Positions 8,987 to 17,837 of a stretch of DNA of 45,085 bases are shown piece after piece. Source of the stretch: Myxococcota bacterium (lineage in GTDB: Bacteria; Myxococcota_A; UBA796; GCA-2862545); NCBI GenBank assembly GCA_039208735.1, contig JBCCQY010000060.1:1-45085 (forward strand). Direction: 5' to 3'. The notes under the pieces are model-generated. The model searched no databases. It was not told where the DNA came from and saw nothing but the letters and a program-made list of their open reading frames with translations. The position numbers and the translations under genes were made by a program. The number at the start of each line of letters is the position of its first letter. Within the stretch, counting starts at the first letter, position 1.

Positions 8987-10170
8987 CCACCACCTCCCAC
9001 GGTGAATGCGAGCTGAATGGCATCGCTATTAAAGAAGGTCGCCGCCATCGTACCGATGACCAGCATCACCACGACGTAGATCTTGATGTAGTCGCTGGCC
9101 TTCAACGAGCTGATGAGCCTCGGATCGCGCGAAAGGTAAGCGCTCACCGCAAACAGCTCCTCGCCGATGAGCGTGTAGTCGCACGCTGCGACGAAGAACG
9201 GGAGCTGGCTTGCTTCGGCGGTACCCGCAATCTGGATGGACTGGTTGACGTAGCCCGTCTCGGCCAGGATGAGCGATTCGGCGAAGAAGCGCCCTAGATA
9301 TAAATTAGTGGCTGGCTTTTCTCGGTGGATGATGCCATTCGTGCCGGCCGTAAACGCGAACTGGTCGGAACTGATGAACCGGACGTTGGCGGGGTCGTGG
9401 GCATCGGGGAACCCAGCTTCGAAGAAGCCCGCCTTGACCACCTCATCGGCGACCTCGCGCACGACGGGAATGCGGCACGACACCACGATTTCTGAGCCGT
9501 ATTCGGCCACCGTCTTCGACACCTGCCCGAGAATGAGCATGGATGCGATGGTCTGGATGTCTTGCAGTTCGTCGATGCCGGGGACGTACAGCACGGGCCG
9601 ACCCATCTCGGTGGCACGTCCGATGCCTTCTTCGATCGCATCGATGCCGGGGATGCGTCGGATGAAGATGGGGTGTCCGGCTTGAGCTTGCCGCGTGAAC
9701 AGCATCATCAGTCCTGCGATGGCCAAAATGAGCAACGCAAGATGGATGTAGGCGGCCGACGTCTTGACGAAGGTGGCGCGGGGAATGCCTTCGACCGCAG
9801 CCGACGCAGCCATCGCAAGCAGATTTGAGACCGATAGCTCGTCGTTCGGATCGTCGGTGCGGGCCACCACCCGGTACCAATACCGGTCGGCGGGGCCCGT
9901 CCAAACGTCGTCGGTCACCTGATCGACAAAGGTGGTGGTCGAGGCGGCGACCGCAGCTTGCACGACGGTCCACGGGCCTTCGGGGCCGGCGTCCGATCGA
10001 AGCAATGCGTAGCTTGTGGGTTCGGAACCGGCCTCTCGAGGTCGTTTCCACGACACCTCGAGGGTCAATCCATCGCCGCCAGAGGGCGCCCGGACCGACA
10101 CGTCGGTGGGGGCGCTCGCCTGAGCGATTCCGGCGACCAAGGCCAACAACAGGGCAAGGAGTGCCGTCAT
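8983..10170 (-). CDS. Fibronectin type III domain membrane protein with DUF6754-like C-terminal domain
   Basis: Signal peptide, FN3-like pattern (APTDVSV..LEVSW..YALLRS..YWYRVVA), one TM helix, then IRRIPGIDAIEEGIGRATEMGRPV...QIAGT...QLPFFVAACDYTLIGEELFA and a final TM. The DUF name is from recollection. Confidence 0.75.
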   Translation of the reverse strand: MTALLALLLALVAGIAQASAPTDVSVRAPSGGDGLTLEVSWKRPREAGSEPTSYALLRSDAGPEGPWTVVQAAVAASTTTFVDQVTDDVWTGPADRYWYRVVARTDDPNDELSVSNLLAMAASAAVEGIPRATFVKTSAAYIHLALLILAIAGLMMLFTRQAQAGHPIFIRRIPGIDAIEEGIGRATEMGRPVLYVPGIDELQDIQTIASMLILGQVSKTVAEYGSEIVVSCRIPVVREVADEVVKAGFFEAGFPDAHDPANVRFISSDQFAFTAGTNGIIHREKPATNLYLGRFFAESLILAETGYVNQSIQIAGTAEASQLPFFVAACDYTLIGEELFAVSAYLSRDPRLISSLKASDYIKIYVVVMLVIGTMAATFFNSDAIQLAFTVGGGG

Positions 10171-11294
10171 GCTTCGATGACCTCTACGTTGGAGCGCGGG
10201 ATCTGTGCGGTTTCGCCGTCGTCGAAGCGAACTTCCATGACTCGGGCCTTGCTGCCGGATGACAGCACCACGGGTTCGACGGGGAGTCCGGTCACCTTGC
10301 CAAGTCGCCCGAACCAGGGCGCCCGAATGCCGCGCACCGTGTCGCCAATCGCGATACCCACGGGGTCCGCCGGCGTCACGCGTTCGGCGTCGACCGAGGC
10401 GTCTTCGAGGGGCACGACGACCTCGGGCCGAATCACGCCGGCGCGAATCTGGGTGGCGCCGTTGATCGAGGCCATTCGGCCGCTCTTGGACTTGAGGAGC
10501 GAGAACGTGGCTGGTGCCATGGCGATCTCGCCAAAACCCTCGGTCACGATCAAGGTGAGCCCGAGGTCTTCGCCGCCCGTGATGGCGACCCCGACCTCGT
10601 AGCCAAGCAGCTTCTTGATCTCATCGTAGTCGAAGCCTCCGGTCACGATGCCGCGCACGCCAATCTCGATGGCTCGCTTCACAGCCTTGGCGGTGACATA
10701 GGCTCCGCCGACCACGATGTGGCCTTCGGCATGGGGATGCAGGGCGGTGGCTTCGAGGACCTGGCTTGGCTTGTCGACGGCCATGGCCAGCGGGGCTCGA
10801 ACCTCGCCGCCCAGCCCGAAGATGCCCTGCACCAACGCCGCCGGCGTCTGAATGACGCAGCCTTCGTTGGGCATCACCTCAACGACGCGGCCAGGCAGGT
10901 AGGCATCGACCTCGACGGGGATGGGGTGGGCTTGGAAAATGACTTGTCCGGTGACCGCGGACACGCTCTCGATGGTGCCCGACACAGGTGCGGTCGCAAA
11001 GCTGCGAAACAGGCCGAACAAGCCTGGGGTGCTCGCAATGACTTCGCCGCGTTCGACGCTGTCGCCCACCGACCGTTCCATGTTGTCGGGCAGCCGTCCG
11101 GCGTCGATGCCCAGTTGGTTGGCGACGTTCACCGGAAAGATCTTTCCCGGAAGGTCGGTTCGCGCGACGATGTCGTCGGCCTTGACGGACTGGCCGACCT
11201 CGACCATCACGGTGCCCTCGAGGGGCAACTGCCGCTCCTTGACCACCACGGTGTTCGGGCTGACCTTCAGCCCGGGCGTGAAGATCGCCGCCAT
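10167..11294 (-). CDS. Uncharacterised soluble protein with barrel-sandwich-hybrid-like repeats and KOW/SH3-like C-terminus
   Basis: Repeats VEVGQSVKADDIVA and SVGDSVERGEVIA, plus TAPVSGTIESV and AYLPGRVVEV. C-terminal IGDTVRGIRAPWFGRLGKV. Confidence 0.75.
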   Translation of the reverse strand: MAAIFTPGLKVSPNTVVVKERQLPLEGTVMVEVGQSVKADDIVARTDLPGKIFPVNVANQLGIDAGRLPDNMERSVGDSVERGEVIASTPGLFGLFRSFATAPVSGTIESVSAVTGQVIFQAHPIPVEVDAYLPGRVVEVMPNEGCVIQTPAALVQGIFGLGGEVRAPLAMAVDKPSQVLEATALHPHAEGHIVVGGAYVTAKAVKRAIEIGVRGIVTGGFDYDEIKKLLGYEVGVAITGGEDLGLTLIVTEGFGEIAMAPATFSLLKSKSGRMASINGATQIRAGVIRPEVVVPLEDASVDAERVTPADPVGIAIGDTVRGIRAPWFGRLGKVTGLPVEPVVLSSGSKARVMEVRFDDGETAQIPRSNVEVIEA

Positions 11295-13111
11295 CAGGTG
11301 CTCCCTGGGTCAGAGTCGGGGTATTCGTCGAGCTGGTAGCCCCAGCCCTCGAGCTTGATCACCCGCGGACCTGGGCCTTCGGGCAGCACGATGGGACGTC
11401 CGCGCGTGTCGATGATGATTCCCACCTCACCGCCCCGGAGCGTCCGTTCGACCCGTCGTCCTTGGCCTTCCCCCAGGTCGAGGCGAGGCTGCAACGGGGT
11501 CAGGGTGGCCTTGGTGACCTCGTCGACCCCACAGGGGAAGCGCAGCAACTCGCCGGCCGGCACCTGGCGTTCGATTCGCGTGCCATCTGGCAAATCGAGC
11601 TGCACCTTCAGCGCCGGTCGGTCTTGGCGCATGGCCCCTGCGGGCGCCACACACGTGCCCAATGCGATGAGGCAATCCCGTTCGAAGACCTCGGTGGCCG
11701 CATCTTCCTGTACGGTTGAGAGCACGCCGAGATGCGGCATCATGAAGATGCTGTCGACCGCGAGTTCGGTGATGCCTTCGGGAGCGAATGCATCGATCAT
11801 CATGCGCATCGACTGCACGCGGCGTGGCGCATGGGAGAGCACGCCGCCCGAGCCGACGAGGAGGTCCAACTTCATCATCTGAACGAGGCTTTCGTCCTCG
11901 TTTTGGGCAAACGCATCGGCGATGGTGCGCTGCTTTTGCACCCCTCGCAGGCCCACCGCGAACTCTCGGTGTTGGATGAAGGCGAGTCGCAGCGCCTCTC
12001 GAGCGATGGCCTGCTCGACCTTCAGTTCTTCCAGGGTCTCCGGAATCGTCGTGGGCCGAATCATCTTGTTGCCGATGCGGTTGCGCAGGCCCTTTTCGTC
12101 GAGTGCGAAGGGGACCCAGCGTAAGATCTGCGCCAGCCCAGCTTCGGCGAGCACGTTGCTGACCGAGTAGCTCATGCCGAGGTTGGCACTCACCGTACGG
12201 TTGAACTGTCCGTCGAACACGCTGAAGACGTCGGTGGTGGCGCCGCCAATGTCGACCCCGAGGACGTTGATGCCGCGTTGCCGCGCAATCGTCTGCATGA
12301 TGAGGCCGACCGCCCCTGGCGTGGGCATGATCGGAGCGTCGGTCCACCCCATGAGCTTGGGGTAGCCAGGCGCCTGCTGCATCACGTGTTCCATGAACAG
12401 GTCGTGGATTTTGTCGCGAGCAGGGTCGAGGTGCTCGACTTCCATGACCGGGCGCACGTTTTCGACCATGGAGAGCGCTGAGATGCCGCCGAGCAGCTCC
12501 TGGATGTCGTCACGGGTGGCTTGGTTGCCGGCGAAGATGATGGGCAGGTCGTACGCACCGCCAAGGCGGGTTCGAGGCCTTGCCGCGCGAATCCGCTCGG
12601 CCATGGCCACAACGTGCTTGCGCGTGCCGCCGTCGATCCCCCCGGAGAGCAAGATCATGTCTGGGCGCAGCTGGCGAATGCGTTCGATCTGCTCATGAGG
12701 GCGGCGTTTGTCGTTCGTGGCGAAGGTGTCCATCACGATGGCCCCGGCTCCTAAGGCCGCGCGCATCGCGGATTCGGCCGACATGGACCGGACGACTCCT
12801 CCCACGACGACCTGGAGTCCGCCGCCCGCCGAAGAGGTCGAGATGTAGGCGTCGACCCCCGCGCCGTCATCGCGCTGCGGGGTGAGGATGCCTCCGTCCG
12901 GGTCTACGAGTTGACGCCCAGACATCTCCTGGATTTCTTGGGCGGCGTTCGTGACCCCTCGGGTGACGTCCTCGAAAGGCGCTTCGACGGTGGTCGGGGC
13001 CTCACCGCGCCAGGTCTGACGATATTCATCGCCGACCTTCTCGATGAGGATGGCTTTGGTGGTGGTGCTCCCACAGTCTGTGGCGAGCACGCTGCGCAAG
13101 GGCTTCTTCAC
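11294..13111 (-). CDS. glmL: GlmL (glutamate mutase L) family actin-fold (ASKHA) ATPase
   Basis: Phosphate-1 DCGSTTTK, SSAGGGL, PDMILLSGGIDGG, phosphate-2 DIGGATTDVFS, RTVSANLGM and GSGG adenosine motif. GTG start at 13111 overlaps the upstream stop. Confidence 0.85.
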   Translation of the reverse strand: MKKPLRSVLATDCGSTTTKAILIEKVGDEYRQTWRGEAPTTVEAPFEDVTRGVTNAAQEIQEMSGRQLVDPDGGILTPQRDDGAGVDAYISTSSAGGGLQVVVGGVVRSMSAESAMRAALGAGAIVMDTFATNDKRRPHEQIERIRQLRPDMILLSGGIDGGTRKHVVAMAERIRAARPRTRLGGAYDLPIIFAGNQATRDDIQELLGGISALSMVENVRPVMEVEHLDPARDKIHDLFMEHVMQQAPGYPKLMGWTDAPIMPTPGAVGLIMQTIARQRGINVLGVDIGGATTDVFSVFDGQFNRTVSANLGMSYSVSNVLAEAGLAQILRWVPFALDEKGLRNRIGNKMIRPTTIPETLEELKVEQAIAREALRLAFIQHREFAVGLRGVQKQRTIADAFAQNEDESLVQMMKLDLLVGSGGVLSHAPRRVQSMRMMIDAFAPEGITELAVDSIFMMPHLGVLSTVQEDAATEVFERDCLIALGTCVAPAGAMRQDRPALKVQLDLPDGTRIERQVPAGELLRFPCGVDEVTKATLTPLQPRLDLGEGQGRRVERTLRGGEVGIIIDTRGRPIVLPEGPGPRVIKLEGWGYQLDEYPDSDPGST

Positions 13112-13404
13112 CGGGGCTCCTCCGCTGACCCACGGGCTTCGCGGTCGACGTTCTCGAGATGTTCGACGAAGCGCTCGAGTCCGTCGGGTTCCTCGAGCAG
13201 TGTGGCGAGTGCGTTCCATTGGTTCACGGGCAGGAACGCCCCAATCGCTGGGGTGAGCAGATGCATGAATTGCGATCCCGTTCGGGCGAGCGGGCGGAGC
13301 GACTCGAGCCAGAGGATCGCGGGGACCGTGAGTTCGAAGCGCACCAAGAACCGCGCCACCTTGTCCATGGCGAGTTCGGCCTCTTGGGCTTCCTCGGGGG
13401 TCAC
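13108..13404 (-). CDS. Small hypothetical protein, 98 aa (GlmL-operon member)
   Basis: Protein-like amphipathic sequence (MDKVARFLVRFELTVPAILWLESLRPL). GTGA overlaps at both ends. Confidence 0.75.
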   Translation of the reverse strand: MTPEEAQEAELAMDKVARFLVRFELTVPAILWLESLRPLARTGSQFMHLLTPAIGAFLPVNQWNALATLLEEPDGLERFVEHLENVDREARGSAEEPR

Positions 13405-13820
13405 GGATGCTCTCCCGTCGTGAGCACGGTGTCGAGTGCGGCCCGGACCCGACCCCGCTCTTCATCACAACGCAAGAGCACGGTCCGGGACTGGCGCAAT
13501 GCCCGATGGTGGCCCCGTCCGAGCAGGACGAACCCCTCGTCGGTGGAGCGGTAGCCCGTGAAGCGCGACCAGCCGTGGCGGCGCGACACGAGGGCGCGGG
13601 CCACCGTGAGGCCTCGGTCATCGACGGTGTAGGTGGCGGGAATCAGCACGTCGCTGGTCGCCCAAACGAGCACCCCGACCGCGACGAGGGCCAGCCAACC
13701 GTCGACGAGGCCCACCGCCGCTGCGGTGCATCCGATGACGAGGGCCGAGGCGGCGCTGCGGACGGGCTGGCGTCGGGCGGGCCAGTCGGTCCACCGAAGC
13801 GGGGGAGGTGCATCGACCAT
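13401..13820 (-). CDS. Small membrane protein (2 TM plus small beta domain), first gene of the GlmL operon
   Basis: MVDAPPPLRWTDWPARRQP, two hydrophobic segments, then PATYTVDDRGLTV..RRHGWSRF (bacterial PH-like pattern). Start uncertain. Confidence 0.65.
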   Translation of the reverse strand: MVDAPPPLRWTDWPARRQPVRSAASALVIGCTAAAVGLVDGWLALVAVGVLVWATSDVLIPATYTVDDRGLTVARALVSRRHGWSRFTGYRSTDEGFVLLGRGHHRALRQSRTVLLRCDEERGRVRAALDTVLTTGEHP

Positions 13821-13876
13821 CGAGGTTCCACAAGGAAAGCGCATCGCCTTAAGCGTGCGTCGCCCTGCGGTCAACT

Positions 13877-15121
13877 TCAGGCCTCGTCCTCGTCCTCGTC
13901 CATCGTGGTCCTCGGTCGGGCGTCTTCAGACGACCCGAGCTGACCCCGCAACGTCTTGGCTTGGTCCTCGGCAATCTCGCTTAGGGGCCGGCTCTTGGGC
14001 GCGCCGATCCACTCGGTGACGGACGAGATCATCAGTTCTTTGAGGTAGGCGAACGAAAAGCCATCGGTCTGCTCGGCCAAGGCAGCCCGGTGGTCGTCCG
14101 CAAGGTCGACGCCCATCTGGGCCGTGAGTTGGTCAATGTACTGTCGTCGAATCCACTCATCTGGAAGATCGAAGTGCACTTTTCGGTCGAAGCGCGACGG
14201 TCGATCCAAAATGGCGGGATCGAGACGGTCGGGGTGATTCGTGGAGGCTAGCGTGAGAATGCCTTCGTTCGTGGCGAACCCATCAAGTTCGTTGAGGAAG
14301 AACGACCGCGTCTCCTTGGTGAGGAGCGAGTCGAGGTCTTCGAGCACGAGCACACAAGGGGAGGTTCGGCGTGCGCGTTCAAACACTTGGTGAACGTTGC
14401 TTTCGGGCGTGCCGTACTGGGACGCAAAGCTTTGGATGTAAAAACAGGGCAAATCGAGGGCATTAAGGAGCGCCTTGATGCAGTGGGTCTTGCCGTTGCC
14501 TGGCGGCCCAAGCAACAGGATGCCGCGCTTCCAAGGGACTCCGAATCGGGCGTACTGTTCACGGGAATGGAGGAACTGCTTGCATTGAGCCAGGAGTTTT
14601 CGGCCTAGGTCGCCGGGCAGGATCAGGTTGTCGAAGGTGGCGCTGCGGATGGCCTTGCGGAGGTCGCGATTGCGGCTGAAGCAGCCGTCGCTGAAGACCA
14701 TGACTTCATCTTCGACCTTGCCCGCGACCCTCGCCACATGATCGACAAACCGCCGTACCGCCTCGTCGCTGGGTCCGATGAAGAAGCGGCGCCGTTTGTG
14801 GCCCCAATCGGCCGGCCATTGAGCGTCCACCACCTCGAAGGTGATGCTCGACCAGGTCACGGACCGGTGGCCTTGGGTAAGACCCACCGCGAGGCCCTTC
14901 TCGGGACCCCGCCAAACCAGGTCGAAGACCGGATGGGGTGTGGGATGGACGACGACATCGCAGGGTTCCCGTTCGAGAAAGGTCGCGACATCGAAGTCCC
15001 CGTCCTCGGTCTCGAGAATCGCCGCATCTGGCCACGTCGCCGCGACGGCGCGAGACAGATGGTAGGTCAGCGCGGCCTCGGTCTGGACGTAGGCGTCAAA
15101 GAGAAGATCGTCTCGATTCAC
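13877..15121 (-). CDS. AAA+ family ATPase
   Basis: PWKRGILLLGPPGNGKT (Walker A), VLVLEDLD (Walker B), STNHPDRLDPAILDRPSRFD (second region of homology). Confidence 0.9.
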   Translation of the reverse strand: MNRDDLLFDAYVQTEAALTYHLSRAVAATWPDAAILETEDGDFDVATFLEREPCDVVVHPTPHPVFDLVWRGPEKGLAVGLTQGHRSVTWSSITFEVVDAQWPADWGHKRRRFFIGPSDEAVRRFVDHVARVAGKVEDEVMVFSDGCFSRNRDLRKAIRSATFDNLILPGDLGRKLLAQCKQFLHSREQYARFGVPWKRGILLLGPPGNGKTHCIKALLNALDLPCFYIQSFASQYGTPESNVHQVFERARRTSPCVLVLEDLDSLLTKETRSFFLNELDGFATNEGILTLASTNHPDRLDPAILDRPSRFDRKVHFDLPDEWIRRQYIDQLTAQMGVDLADDHRAALAEQTDGFSFAYLKELMISSVTEWIGAPKSRPLSEIAEDQAKTLRGQLGSSEDARPRTTMDEDEDEA

Positions 15122-15139
15122 GGTGGTCCTCGGTGAGAC

Positions 15140-15766
15140 TTACGCCTTGGGGAGTCGGCCGGCGATGAACCGGTCGACGTGGTCGGCGATGAACCCTTGG
15201 ACATCGAAGGGGCGCACCTCGCGACCTCGCAGGCTGTCCTGGTGAATCAGCGCGAACAGCAGCGGAGGCAGAAACGACACCGCCGCCATGCGGGGGTCGC
15301 GAATGTCGAGGGCGCCCGTTTCGGCATAGTACGCGAACAGCTCTTCACCCACCGACAGCATGGGTTCGAACAGGTGTTCGATGACCACTGGGCCACGGAC
15401 CTCGTTTTCGAGCCCACATGCGAGGGCCACATGAAACACCCGGTCCATGCCGTAGCCCCATCCGGTCGACATCGACTGGCAGTAGAAGGTCAGAGCGGCG
15501 AGGGGGCCCTGGTCGCGTCGCGACAACACTTCGTCTCGAAACCGCTGACTGCGTTCTTTGAGCGTTTCAAACGTGGCTTGGTAGAGTCCGTCGGCGTTGC
15601 CGAAGTAGTGTCGAAGCGTGCGAGGGTCCTCACCGATCTCCTGAGCGATGGCCCGAAACGAGTTGGGCTGCCCGGAGGGCCCGAGAAAAGCGCGCAATGC
15701 GGCTTCGGCGAGGGTGGCGCGGCGCATTTCGTAGTTGGCGTTTCGCGTTCCCGGCGTTCGTCCCAT
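15140..15766 (-). CDS. TetR/AcrR family transcriptional regulator
   Basis: N-terminal HTH SFRAIAQEIGEDPRTLRHYFGNADGL. 208 aa with a helical C-domain. Confidence 0.85.
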   Translation of the reverse strand: MGRTPGTRNANYEMRRATLAEAALRAFLGPSGQPNSFRAIAQEIGEDPRTLRHYFGNADGLYQATFETLKERSQRFRDEVLSRRDQGPLAALTFYCQSMSTGWGYGMDRVFHVALACGLENEVRGPVVIEHLFEPMLSVGEELFAYYAETGALDIRDPRMAAVSFLPPLLFALIHQDSLRGREVRPFDVQGFIADHVDRFIAGRLPKA

Positions 15767-15787
15767 GGGAGCCCTGTAACGCGCCGC

Positions 15788-16027
15788 TCAGTCCTGGCGG
15801 AAGACGCATCGTGTGATGGGCTGAACGACATCTCGCTGCACATACAGCAGGTAGTCGCGCCCAGACTCCAGGGGCGTAGGCTCTCCAAGTGAGGGAACGC
15901 GTTGCGAAGCGCCCGTTGGAATCTCACCGAAGCGGACGGTCCCTACATCGAGCGGCGGGTCGGTGTGGGCCACTTCAATCAGCTACCGCGTGCCTTCGGG
16001 GACATCGAGGTTGGGCGGTGAAAGGAT
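15788..16027 (-). pseudogene. Probable gene remnant (C-terminal fragment of an unknown protein)
   Basis: Frame reads ILSPPNLDVPEGTR*LIEVAHTDPPLDVGTVRFGEIP...YLLYVQRDVVQPITRCVFRQD. It is protein-like on both sides of an in-frame TAG at 15983-15985, with another stop just upstream and no clear start. Confidence 0.35.
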
Positions 16028-16123
16028 TCAACTTGGTCGGTCACCCTCACGGAACCGTCGAGCAGGGACTCGGAAACCGCACGGAGCGAGGCGGCGCTAC
16101 GTTCCCGGGACGAGGGAGGAGCG

Positions 16124-17023
16124 ATGCGCTTCGACTGGCTTCGCCAACGATCGGAATCGTCTGCGTTCCGCACGAACGTCCGGGTGGTCAACGCTCCGGC
16201 GAACCCCTGGTTGCAGGACGTCTACTTTCTGTTCTTGACGCTTTCCTGGCCCGCGGCGCTGTCGCTGATTGCCTTTGGGTGGCTCTTCACCAACGCGCTG
16301 TTCGCCGTGGCCTACATGATGGTGGGCGGCATTGCCCAGGTCGAGCGGGGCTCGTTTCTGGACGCGTTTCACTTCTCGGTGCAGACGTTTCAGACGATTG
16401 GCTACGGCGCCATGAGTCCTGTCGGATTCTGGGCAAACCTGCTCGTGGATCTCGAGGCGATGACCGCGCTTGTGCTCACCGCTTTGGCTACGGGGCTGAT
16501 GTTTGCCAAGTTCGGCCGCGCCACAGCTCGCGTGCGGTTCGCCAAGTGCGTGACGGTCTCGACGATGGATGGTGTGCCCACCCTGATGATTCGGGTGGGT
16601 AACTCTCGTCAAAACCAAATCATCAACACCCGAATCCGGGTGGTAATGTTTCGGACCGAGCGCGTTGCCGAGGGCTATCTCTTCTACCGGATGATCGATC
16701 TAGATCTGGAACGCGATTGGGCGCCAGCGCTCGCCCGTTCCCTGCTCATTCGCCACCCCATCACCCCGGACAGTCCGCTGTACGGGGTGGACCAGGAGCG
16801 GGCGAGGGCCGAGGAAGTCGAACTGATGGTCCTCATCACGGGCAACGACGACACGCTCATGAGCGAGGTTCACGCCATGAAGCGGTACTCCCACGATGAT
16901 GTGGTGTTCAATGCGCGCCATGTCGATGTGCTTCGCGAAACCGACACCGGCACCATCGTGCTCGATGTCGACCGCTTCGACGACGTTGAACACGTCACAC
17001 CGATGTCGAAGGTCGAGGCTTAG
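16124..17023 (+). CDS. Inward-rectifier potassium channel (KirBac family)
   Basis: GGAGG RBS. Two TM helices around FHFSVQTFQTIGYG (selectivity filter). Cytoplasmic domain DGVPTLMIRVGN and HPITPDSPLYG. Confidence 0.93.
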   Translation: MRFDWLRQRSESSAFRTNVRVVNAPANPWLQDVYFLFLTLSWPAALSLIAFGWLFTNALFAVAYMMVGGIAQVERGSFLDAFHFSVQTFQTIGYGAMSPVGFWANLLVDLEAMTALVLTALATGLMFAKFGRATARVRFAKCVTVSTMDGVPTLMIRVGNSRQNQIINTRIRVVMFRTERVAEGYLFYRMIDLDLERDWAPALARSLLIRHPITPDSPLYGVDQERARAEEVELMVLITGNDDTLMSEVHAMKRYSHDDVVFNARHVDVLRETDTGTIVLDVDRFDDVEHVTPMSKVEA

Positions 17024-17751
17024 CGGTCGTTGCGGGTCGCTTCCCGCATGGCGGCTCGGGCCTGCGCCAAATCGCGGCGGAGGTCACGAGCGTCACGTTC
17101 ATCTTGACGTTCGCGCTCTTCGGCGAGATCCGCTCGCATGGATTCGAGTTCACGTGCCGCGGCTCCGTCCGGATTGACGCGGGCCCGGGCTTCGAGGTCG
17201 CGAGCCCGCTCGAGGAGTGGCCTAGCCACGTGTTCGGGTAGGCCCGCCACCAGATCGGAGACGTCTCGAACCACTGAATTCGCAGGTGGCATGGTGGTAA
17301 AGAGCGGCAATCGCATGGACTGTGACAGCGTCACGAAGCTCGCCATGGCATGCAGGCCTACCAAACCAATGGACAGTGCCGCCATGATCGAGCCGAAGGG
17401 CGGCGGCAAGAGGGCGAGAGCCCACGTCATGGCGAGCACGGCGAAGGGGCCGAGCATCATGGGGACCACGGTGGCTTGGCCGATCCGAGCGCTCATCGTG
17501 ATGTCGGACCGGGGCACGACCCGGACGACCAGCCCGACTTCACGGAGATCTCGGGCCAAGGCGGCAGACGTATGGCCATCGAGGTCGCGACTGACCACGA
17601 ACTCGACGGGCAGTGGTCCACTCTCGGCGCGGTACAGCCCGTAGCGGGCAAGGACCCGGTCGAGGCCTTTGGTATCGACCCGCGGCTTGAGGTAAGGAGC
17701 GAGGTAGAGACTGGTGCCATGCGCCGATGCGATGACGGTATGGGCGCTCAT
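17020..17751 (-). CDS. Hypothetical membrane protein with C-terminal coiled coil
   Basis: 243 aa, two central hydrophobic segments, charged helical tail. Fills the gap between confident genes. Confidence 0.6.
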   Translation of the reverse strand: MSAHTVIASAHGTSLYLAPYLKPRVDTKGLDRVLARYGLYRAESGPLPVEFVVSRDLDGHTSAALARDLREVGLVVRVVPRSDITMSARIGQATVVPMMLGPFAVLAMTWALALLPPPFGSIMAALSIGLVGLHAMASFVTLSQSMRLPLFTTMPPANSVVRDVSDLVAGLPEHVARPLLERARDLEARARVNPDGAAARELESMRADLAEERERQDERDARDLRRDLAQARAAMREATRNDR

Positions 17752-17837
17752 GTCCTAGTCATTATCCAGCCGTGACACGGATTGGGGTGGTTCCCGAGGA
17801 CCGGTTACGCTGCCTGCCGCCCCGCCCGAGGTGTTCC

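Noticed and set aside
11294..13111. Reading this gene as DNA mismatch-repair MutL, or as proof of glutamate fermentation
   Set aside because: The motifs are actin-fold (ASKHA), not GHKL. No glutamate mutase S or E subunit is in the window.
13112..13621. N-terminal extension of the GlmL ORF (775 aa in the track)
   Set aside because: Low-complexity Arg/Pro/Ser sequence overlapping two better genes. The GTG at 13111 gives a coupled start just before the phosphate-1 motif.
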